A stretch of 64,000 nucleotides of DNA, taken from NCBI GenBank assembly GCA_963742735.1, contig CAVUMN010000004.1, forward strand, positions 992,001-1,056,000. Direction: 5' to 3'. Made by a program: the position numbers and the translations under genes. The notes below the pieces were generated by a model, which was given only the letters and a program-made list of their open reading frames with translations, did no database searches and was not told where the DNA came from. The DNA is from an uncultured Actinomycetes bacterium. Lineage in GTDB: Bacteria; Actinomycetota; UBA4738; JBBDTT01. This document shows positions 35,287-42,447 of the stretch, piece by piece (position 1 is the first letter of the stretch; the number at the start of each line of letters is the position of its first letter).

Positions 35287-35811
35287 CTACGCGTTCCGGT
35301 CGAGCTTCTCCTGCACCGACTTCTCGGCCCGGCTCAGCTCCTCGCGCGCCTTCTGCACCTGACGGCTCAGCTTCTCGTGCTTCCCCTGCTCCCACTCGTC
35401 GATCCGCTGACGCGCGGACTCGACCTTCGGAGAGACGGGGGCCTTGTCCAGCCCCTCGCGCCCACGCATCGCGCGACGCGTGATCTTGGCGCGGCGCGAC
35501 GTCTCGGCACGTTCGAGCTTGGCGAGCCCCTTGTCGAACTCGCCGCGAACCTGCGCGCGGAGCTTCTCGTGCGCCGCCTGCCGGGACATCCCGAGCGCTT
35601 TGCCGACGTCGGTCCAGGACGACGTGCCCGCGGTAGCGGCTCGAGCCGCCTCCTTGGCCCGGTCACTGATGATCTCGCCCAGCCTCTTGGTGGCGATCAG
35701 GGCCTCGATCGGCCGGCCATCCCGGATCGCGTCCTCGAGGTACCCGTCGACCGCGTTGATCGTCGCGTCGCCCTCGGGGGAGAGCTCGTAGCTCATCGTG
35801 CGCTCGTCCAT
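35287..35811 (-). CDS. HTH protein with coiled-coil C-terminus
   Basis: SWTDVGKALGMSRQAAHEK. Confidence 0.75.
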   Translation of the reverse strand: MDERTMSYELSPEGDATINAVDGYLEDAIRDGRPIEALIATKRLGEIISDRAKEAARAATAGTSSWTDVGKALGMSRQAAHEKLRAQVRGEFDKGLAKLERAETSRRAKITRRAMRGREGLDKAPVSPKVESARQRIDEWEQGKHEKLSRQVQKAREELSRAEKSVQEKLDRNA

Positions 35812-35814
35812 GGC

Positions 35815-35860
35815 CGTCAGGATATCCTGACAGGTGGCGGCCTGTCAAGATGCCCTGACG
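35815..35860 (-). promoter_or_regulatory. twin palindromic operator upstream of HTH gene
   Basis: perfect GTCAGGATATCCTGAC plus imperfect GTCAAGATGCCCTGAC. Confidence 0.6.
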
Positions 35861-35881
35861 CCGAGATTCGAGCCATCCACC

Positions 35882-36292
35882 CTAGTGCCAGCCGCGAACG
35901 CGCCCGGCCTGTTCGATCCACTCGGCCATCGTGGGGGCCTGCGCCTCCTCGAGCGTCGTCACCTTCGCGTAGCGGGTCCGATCGGTGGTTCCAAGCGGCG
36001 GCGGCGGGTCGAACTCCGCGCCGCCGAAGAACACGACGTTCACGGAGACGTCGTAGGCGACCATCTCGATCAGCCACCCGAGCTCCGGCGTCCCGTAGTA
36101 CGCCTTCTTCCACTTGACGGCGTAGTGAAGGCCGGGGAGCGCCTCGCGGATCAGCTCGTCCAGCCCTTTGACGATGGGATGCAGGGCGGGCATCACGCTG
36201 CCGATCCAGTCGTCGATCTCGGCATGGCTCTCCGTCGGCACCGGCGGCTTCCGGACCGAGCTCGACCCCGGAGTCTTCCCCTTCGGTTTCAT
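35882..36292 (-). CDS. DUF1801 family protein
   Basis: LDELIREALPGLHYAVKWKKAYYG. Confidence 0.8.
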   Translation of the reverse strand: MKPKGKTPGSSSVRKPPVPTESHAEIDDWIGSVMPALHPIVKGLDELIREALPGLHYAVKWKKAYYGTPELGWLIEMVAYDVSVNVVFFGGAEFDPPPPLGTTDRTRYAKVTTLEEAQAPTMAEWIEQAGRVRGWH

Positions 36293-36300
36293 TCCTCCTC

Positions 36301-36660
36301 CTACGGCGTCCGCATCGACTGGTAGGGGGTGAACAGTTGGGGGGGTCCGCCGCCGGCTAACTTGGCTCTGAGCTCTGCGCTCGGCTCGCCGAGGAGCTCG
36401 CCGTGAACCACGTCGACCGTCGCGAGGACCGCGTCCGCGAGGTCGCCGATGTTCGCGGCGTGCTCGATGAGCGCCTCGGAGTCCCTGAACCGCTCGAGCA
36501 TGACGCACTCGGACTCGTCCTCGTTGAAGAAGAGGTCGTATTGGAGCGTGCCGGTGTCCTTGGTCCGCACGATCTCCAGGGCTTGAGCGGACAAGCGCTT
36601 GAACTCCTCGACCTTGCCCTCGTGGAACTTGAACCGCGCGATACCGTGAAGCTCACTCAT
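36301..36660 (-). CDS. antibiotic biosynthesis monooxygenase (ABM) domain protein
   Basis: ARFKFHEGKVEEFK...GTLQYDLF...ERFRDSEALIEH. Confidence 0.8.
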   Translation of the reverse strand: MSELHGIARFKFHEGKVEEFKRLSAQALEIVRTKDTGTLQYDLFFNEDESECVMLERFRDSEALIEHAANIGDLADAVLATVDVVHGELLGEPSAELRAKLAGGGPPQLFTPYQSMRTP

Positions 36661-36809
36661 GGCTCCGACCTCCAGCTCGTGCGTTCGGGTTGGCCTGATC
36701 GGGGAAGTATTCAACCTTCCGTCCGGCGTGACGCGCAGGCCTTGCGCTTTCTGTAGCCCTGCGTGATCATCGGGTACGGCGCGCCCCAACGCGCACGGAG
36801 GGAGGGATC

Positions 36810-37358
36810 GTGGGCACAGACTTGCAGTCGCGCAACATCGCGTATCTGTTCCAGGTCTGGGACACGAACGATACGGGGGAGCTCACCTGGGCCGACTACG
36901 AAGGCGTGGTCGACCGTCTCATTAGTGAATCCGGCCAGCCTGCTGGCGGCGACGCCCATGGGATGCTGACCGACGTCTTCAAGGCCGACTGGGCGGAGCT
37001 GACGAAGTCGGCCGACAAGGACGCGAACGGCTCGATCACTCCCGGCGAGTGGAACGCATACCACGTCAACATGGTGTCCACGGACGACGGATACCAGGTG
37101 GCGGTCGACTCGTTCGCCGAGGTGATCCTCCGGGTGGTCGACAGCGACCAGGACGGCGTGGTCTCCAAGAGCGACTACGGGAAGATCTTCACGGCGTTCA
37201 ACATCGACCCCGGGAAGGTCGACGAGGCGTTCGACAAGCTGGACTCGGACGACGACGGCAAGATCTCGGCGGACGAGCTCCGGCAGGCCGCGAAGGACTA
37301 CTTCCGTCCCGCGAGCGAGGACGCTCCCGGAAACTGGCTGTTCGGCTCGCCCGCGTAG
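36810..37358 (+). CDS. four-EF-hand calcium-binding protein (calerythrin-like)
   Basis: DTNDTGELTWAD, DKDANGSITPGE, DSDQDGVVSKSD, DSDDDGKISADE; C-terminal PGNWLFG. Confidence 0.9.
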   Translation: MGTDLQSRNIAYLFQVWDTNDTGELTWADYEGVVDRLISESGQPAGGDAHGMLTDVFKADWAELTKSADKDANGSITPGEWNAYHVNMVSTDDGYQVAVDSFAEVILRVVDSDQDGVVSKSDYGKIFTAFNIDPGKVDEAFDKLDSDDDGKISADELRQAAKDYFRPASEDAPGNWLFGSPA

Positions 37359-37414
37359 CGACGAGCCCAACCGGCAGGAACGACCGCCCCCGAGGCCGCA
37401 GAGGAGTCGAGGCG

Positions 37415-38659
37415 ATGGTATTTCAGCCAGCAGCCGCGATGGTGCTCGAGCGCGCAACCTCGGGGGCGGTCGTACTCCGGTCCGATTTCGATGTGCTGTC
37501 CAGGAGGATCCACGGAAAGCCGCTGATCTATCTGGACAGCGCGGCGACGAGCCTCAAGCCGCGCGCGGTCATCGCGGCCATGAATGCCTACTACGCGCAG
37601 TACCCCGGCAACGTCTTCCGGGGCAACCACCTGCTGGCAGAGGAGGCCTCGGACGCCTTCGACGCCGCCCGGACGGCGGTCGCCGAACACATCGGCGGAG
37701 ACCCGCTCGAGGTCACGTTCTGGGCCAACACCACCGACGCCATCAACGCCGTCGCCCGGGGGCTCCGCCTCACGACCGAGGACCGCGTGGTGGTCCCGGT
37801 CAGTGAGCACCATTCGAACTTCCTGCCCTGGCTCCGCGGCGCCAGTGTGGACCTCGTGCCGGTCGATCGTGAGGGGTTCGTCGACCCGGCGGAGATCCGC
37901 TCGCGGCTCGAGCGCGGTCCGCGTCCGCGCCTCGTGGCCCTCGGCCATGTGTCCAACGTCACCGGCGCGATCCAGGACGTCGCGCAGATCGGCCGGCTGT
38001 GCAACGAGTTCGGCGTCCCCCTGCTGGTGGACGGGGCGCAGGCCGCCCCCCATCTGCCGGTGGACGTCGAGGAGCTCGGCTGCAGCTTCTACGCCTTCTC
38101 GGCGCACAAGATGCTCGGCCCCACCGGCGTCGGGGCCCTGTGGGGCCGGCTGGACGAGATGGAGCGACTCGAGCCGGTCCGCCTGGGCGGCGGGACCGTG
38201 CTGCGCGTCCAGAAAGACCGCTTCGAGCTCAAGGATCCGCCTCACAACTTCGAGGCGGGTACGCCCAACATCGCCGGGGTGATCGGGTTCGGAGCCGCGA
38301 TCCGCTACCTGCAGGCGGTGCCCGAGCGGGCCGCCGCCGAGACGGAGCGTCGGCTGGCCGGCCGGATGCTGGAGCGGGCCGCGGGGCACTCCCAGCTCCG
38401 CGTGCTGGGACCGCAGACGACCGACCGGCGCATCGCCCTGGTGACGCTCCTGGTGGACGGGCCCCAGTCGGCGGACCTCCTGTCGTTCAAGCTGTCCGAC
38501 CGTCACGCCGTGATGACCCGCAGCGGCACCCACTGCGCACAGCCGTTCTTCAGCTCGATCGGCGCCCCGACCAGCGTGCGCCTGTCCGCGTACCTCTACA
38601 CGACGGTCGGGGAGATCGACACGGCGTTCGACGCCATCGAGAGCATCCTGGCGGACTGA
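37415..38659 (+). CDS. cysteine desulfurase, SufS/CsdA group
   Basis: YLDSAATSLKP, DGAQ, SAHKMLGPTGVG (PLP Lys), RSGTHCAQP (catalytic Cys). Confidence 0.9.
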   Translation: MVFQPAAAMVLERATSGAVVLRSDFDVLSRRIHGKPLIYLDSAATSLKPRAVIAAMNAYYAQYPGNVFRGNHLLAEEASDAFDAARTAVAEHIGGDPLEVTFWANTTDAINAVARGLRLTTEDRVVVPVSEHHSNFLPWLRGASVDLVPVDREGFVDPAEIRSRLERGPRPRLVALGHVSNVTGAIQDVAQIGRLCNEFGVPLLVDGAQAAPHLPVDVEELGCSFYAFSAHKMLGPTGVGALWGRLDEMERLEPVRLGGGTVLRVQKDRFELKDPPHNFEAGTPNIAGVIGFGAAIRYLQAVPERAAAETERRLAGRMLERAAGHSQLRVLGPQTTDRRIALVTLLVDGPQSADLLSFKLSDRHAVMTRSGTHCAQPFFSSIGAPTSVRLSAYLYTTVGEIDTAFDAIESILAD

Positions 38660-38672
38660 GGCCCGCGCGGGC

Positions 38673-39788
38673 TCAGGGTCCCGCGGCGCCCGTCAGCGTC
38701 CCGAGGAGCCAGCCGAGGACCAACACGCCCCCCGCCGCCAGCAGTACGGAGGAGACGGCGGCGCCGATCGCGTAGGTCACGTACAGGCGACGCAGCCTCG
38801 CGGGGACAACCGGCGCCGGCTCGGTGGAGCGGCCGAGCGCCCGCTTCACCCAGCCGGTGACGTGGTCGATCGACCGGCGCCGCAGGTTCGGCGTGTCGAC
38901 CGCGTTCGACAGAAGCAGATAGCCGTCACCGCTGAGGAAGGGGATGAGCGTGCGCACCGCCCCGATGAGGTTGACCACCATGAAGGCGACGGCGCCCCGG
39001 GCGGCGAGACCTCCCGGCGGGGACCCCCACCACGCCAGCGTCGCAAGGGCCCACAGGACGATGGTGGCGAACGGGCCGGCGATGATCACGCCGGCGCGGC
39101 TCCGCCGGTCCGGAAAGAGCCAGGCGTCGCTGACGTCGGTGTAGAACCGGGGCAGCAGGTAGTGCAGGATTGCGCCCATCCGCCGCACGCTGCCGCCGTG
39201 GGCTTTCACGGCCAGGCCGTGCATGAGCTCGTGGATCGAGACGCTGACGACCAGGGCCGGGACCAGGAGCCCGACCCCCGCGGGTGAGGCCAGGGTCTCG
39301 ATCCCGTCCAGGACTTCGCCGAGCTCCAGGACCCACACCCCCGCAGCCACCAGGATCGGGACGGCCGCGGCGAGCACGAAGGCCCGGGAGAACAGGAAGC
39401 GCGTGCCGCGCAGGAGCCCCGTCAGGAACCGGTCGGGATCGACCTCGAACGGCAGACGAACGTAGAACAGCTTCCGGAGCGGGCCACCGGAGATCCCCAG
39501 GTCCTCCTCCGGTCCGGCGACCTCCTCTCCCGGAGCGACGATGAGCTGCAGCCCGTGGAGGCGGTCGCGGAACCGCTCCAGATTCTCGATGGGGGCGACC
39601 ACGCCGTGCTCGGTCTCGAGCCGGCCCCGGATCTCCTCGAGGGTCGAGGCGCCGTCGAAGTGGCGCGCCACGAGCATCTCGGCGGCGCCCAGCCGCACGA
39701 AGGTGTTGCGGACCGGGTCCTTGACGACGAAGTGGGACTCCTGCGGGACGATGACGAGATCGGGACGCAGGCGCAGCAGCCGCGTCAC
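38673..39788 (-). CDS. M50/site-2-type membrane zinc protease with N-terminal PqqD/RRE-like domain
   Basis: IHELMH, YTDVSDAW, AGP, LIPFLSGDGY; N-terminal VKDPVRNTFVRLG...FDG; GTGA-coupled to the upstream peptide. Confidence 0.8.
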   Translation of the reverse strand: MTRLLRLRPDLVIVPQESHFVVKDPVRNTFVRLGAAEMLVARHFDGASTLEEIRGRLETEHGVVAPIENLERFRDRLHGLQLIVAPGEEVAGPEEDLGISGGPLRKLFYVRLPFEVDPDRFLTGLLRGTRFLFSRAFVLAAAVPILVAAGVWVLELGEVLDGIETLASPAGVGLLVPALVVSVSIHELMHGLAVKAHGGSVRRMGAILHYLLPRFYTDVSDAWLFPDRRSRAGVIIAGPFATIVLWALATLAWWGSPPGGLAARGAVAFMVVNLIGAVRTLIPFLSGDGYLLLSNAVDTPNLRRRSIDHVTGWVKRALGRSTEPAPVVPARLRRLYVTYAIGAAVSSVLLAAGGVLVLGWLLGTLTGAAGP

Positions 39789-39985
39789 AGAGCCACCTTG
39801 TACTCGAGCTGTTCCACCTCCTCGAGATCGAGCACGGTGCCCGCCTTCACGAAGATCTCGGAGAGGCTGAGCGATCCGGGTCTGATCTCGACCAGCTCCA
39901 CCGACACGCCCGGGAGCGGGTCGACCTGCCACTCCAGGAAGTCGGCCTCGACGCCGGGGGGCGGCGCGAACGGTCCCTCGGTCAC
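39785..39985 (-). CDS. 66-aa acidic peptide, putative pearlin scaffold/precursor peptide
   Basis: GTG start with GGAG RBS, GTGA overlaps at both ends; ends VLDLEEVEQLEYKVAL. Confidence 0.75.
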   Translation of the reverse strand: MTEGPFAPPPGVEADFLEWQVDPLPGVSVELVEIRPGSLSLSEIFVKAGTVLDLEEVEQLEYKVAL

Positions 39986-41220
39986 GAGCCCGCTCCGTTC
40001 CCGGTCGTGAGACTCCGTCCGCTCGCCGTCCAGCTCGCCATCCCGCCGTCGAGCCAGCCCGCGCGGGCGAACCCCAGATCGGCCAGGGACTTGGCGGCGA
40101 GGGCCGAACGCTCGCCGGTGTCGCAGTAGCAGACGACGGGGAGCCTCGTGTCGGCGAGCTCGGCGATGGCCACCTCTTCGACCGTTCCTCTCGGAACGCT
40201 CAGGGCGCCGGGGATGTGACCCGCCAGGAACTCCTCCGGCTGGCGAACGTCCAGCAACACCCCGCGACCGAGTGCCTCGTCGGCCCCGGACAGGTCGGCG
40301 GCCGCCACGCCCTCCCGCGCCTCCGCCACCAGGTCCTGGAGGGTTCTGGCCTCCGGTGACGCGTCCGCCGACCCCGGCGCCGCGGGCTTGTTGGCGGCGG
40401 CGAGGATCCACTCGACCTGCAGCCGGATGCCCTCTTCGGTCGCGTGGCGGGACACGGTCTCCTTGATCTCGCGGACGATCGGTTCCTGGGTCTCGGGCGG
40501 CTCGCGCCTGAACCGGTACGTGAAGGAGGCGACGGTGGTCAGGTAGAGGTCCCAGTACGTGTCGGCATCCTTCGTGGTGATCATCGTCGCGTAGCGGCCC
40601 GTCCATGCTTCGACGAAGCCGGCGCGGTGGAGCGTGGCCTCGGCCGCGCCCTCGGGAGCGAACCGGAAGTTCGACGGACCGCCCTGGTACAGCAGCACCG
40701 TCGGAAGGTGCTTCATGACGATGCGCAGGGGCACCATGAGGTAGGGCGAGTTCTCGGATCGCCCGATGACACCGAACGCGAACCGTCCGCCCGGCTTCAG
40801 GACCCGATGAGCCTCGGTCAGGGCCTGATGGTCGTCGGGCACGTACATCAGCGTGTACTGGGAGATCACGACGTCGAAGCTCTCATCGGGGAAGGTGAGG
40901 TCCTCGGCGTCCATGACCTGGAAGGTGACGTTCGTGTCCCCGCGAGTACGCGCCTTCTCCTCGGCCAGTCGCACCATCTCCGGCGCGATGTCGATCCCTA
41001 CCACCGAGCCGGAGGGCCCCACGAGGTCCGCGGCCAGGAAGGCGTCGGCGCCGGTCCCGCACCCCACGCTCAGCACGCGGTCGCCGGGCTTGATCCGCGC
41101 CTCGTCCAGCAGGCGGACATGCAGGGGCAGCATCAGCGCCTGAAGGCCCCCGTCGTAAACGGGCGCCAGCTCGTCCCAGTACAGGCGCTGCTTCCTCTTA
41201 TAGGCCCGCGCGCTGAACAC
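39982..41220 (-). CDS. class I SAM methyltransferase-rhodanese fusion (catalytic Cys present)
   Basis: VLSVGCGTG, GIDIA, DAEDL; LLDVRQPEEF..GHIPGA, CYCDTGERS. Confidence 0.85.
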   Translation of the reverse strand: MFSARAYKRKQRLYWDELAPVYDGGLQALMLPLHVRLLDEARIKPGDRVLSVGCGTGADAFLAADLVGPSGSVVGIDIAPEMVRLAEEKARTRGDTNVTFQVMDAEDLTFPDESFDVVISQYTLMYVPDDHQALTEAHRVLKPGGRFAFGVIGRSENSPYLMVPLRIVMKHLPTVLLYQGGPSNFRFAPEGAAEATLHRAGFVEAWTGRYATMITTKDADTYWDLYLTTVASFTYRFRREPPETQEPIVREIKETVSRHATEEGIRLQVEWILAAANKPAAPGSADASPEARTLQDLVAEAREGVAAADLSGADEALGRGVLLDVRQPEEFLAGHIPGALSVPRGTVEEVAIAELADTRLPVVCYCDTGERSALAAKSLADLGFARAGWLDGGMASWTASGRSLTTGNGAGS

Positions 41221-41229
41221 CGCTGCTCC

Positions 41230-42384
41230 TCACTCGGGGGAGGTGGGGGGGATGGGGGGCTCCGCGGGCTCGGGGAGCTCGACCTCGTAGCCGTACCGCT
41301 GCCAGGCGCGGACGCCCCCGACCAGGTTCCAGACGTTCCGGTATCCGAGCTCCTCCAGGCGGAGCGTAGCCAGGAGCGAGCGCCGGCCGTCCTCGCTGTA
41401 CACCGCCACCGCGGCCGGGCCGTCGGGGAGGGCTTCGTCCACCGCCGTCTCGAGCACTCCCCGGGGCACGTGCACCGAACCCGGCACGACTCCGGTCGAC
41501 CGCTCCCCGGCCTCTCGCACGTCGAGGAAGACGGTCCGCTTCCCCGGCACGCCGCGCCGGGCCTCGAACGGCGACAGCTCCCGGATCCGGGGGCGGACCT
41601 CCGCCGTCAGCTCGTCGAAGGAACGGGGGCGGGCCAGCTCGGCCTCGTCGGCCGGTTTGGCCGCGGAGGCGTAGACGACCTCCATCGACAGGTGGGCCCC
41701 GCCGGGCGCGGCGCACAGCCGCTCCAGCCCGGCCTGCACCTCCGGGTACCGGACGTCGTCCCAGCGGGCGACGGAGGCCGCCGTCGACCACAGGCCCCAC
41801 GCGTCGGTGGCGCGAACGATGATCCGGATCTCCTGGGTGAGCACGTCGACGAATCCGGCCCGGCGCAAGGCCTCCTGCAGGGGGCCCGCGCCGTCCGTCT
41901 CGAACAACCGGTCGATGCCGGGCCCTCCTTCATCGCCGTTGTCGAGCAGCTCGTGGACCGCCGTGACGAACGTGTTGCGCTCGTGCGCACCGAGCGTCAG
42001 CAGCACCAGGCGGCCGGCGCGCCTCAGCACGCGTCGGGCTTCGGACAGGGCCCGGGCCGGGTGGTCCGCGGCGATGAGGCCGAGCTGAGAGAAGACGACG
42101 TTGATGCTCTCGTCGGGGAGATCGAGGGCCTCGAGGGAGCCCGTCCGGAGCTCCAGCTCGGGGCCGATCCCCAGGTTGGCCGCGTGACCGCGGGCAGCTT
42201 CGATCGCCGAGGCGGACGGGTCGATCCCGACCACGTGCCCGCCCGGAAGGACGCGCGAGGAAACGAGCACGGACACGGGGCCGTCCCCGCACCCCAGATC
42301 GAGAACCGACGCGCCGGGGCCGAGCTTGCCGAGATCGATCAGCTTTTCCGTCGCGGGACGCAGCAGCGCGGCGGAGGCCGACAT
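41230..42384 (-). CDS. class I SAM methyltransferase-rhodanese fusion (Cys replaced by Ser)
   Basis: VLDLGCGDG, GIDPS; FLDVRE..E, VYSEDGRRS, LVGGVRAW. Confidence 0.85.
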   Translation of the reverse strand: MSASAALLRPATEKLIDLGKLGPGASVLDLGCGDGPVSVLVSSRVLPGGHVVGIDPSASAIEAARGHAANLGIGPELELRTGSLEALDLPDESINVVFSQLGLIAADHPARALSEARRVLRRAGRLVLLTLGAHERNTFVTAVHELLDNGDEGGPGIDRLFETDGAGPLQEALRRAGFVDVLTQEIRIIVRATDAWGLWSTAASVARWDDVRYPEVQAGLERLCAAPGGAHLSMEVVYASAAKPADEAELARPRSFDELTAEVRPRIRELSPFEARRGVPGKRTVFLDVREAGERSTGVVPGSVHVPRGVLETAVDEALPDGPAAVAVYSEDGRRSLLATLRLEELGYRNVWNLVGGVRAWQRYGYEVELPEPAEPPIPPTSPE

Positions 42385-42447
42385 GGCTCGATGCTACAAG
42401 GCCCTCGGCGAACTCGGGCCACCCGTGAAGGGGGCCTTCATGGCCTC

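Noticed and set aside
37415-38659. Fe-S assembly (suf) locus or encapsulin cargo desulfurase
   Set aside because: No sufBCD/U/E or encapsulin gene is adjacent, and there is no long disordered N-terminal targeting region
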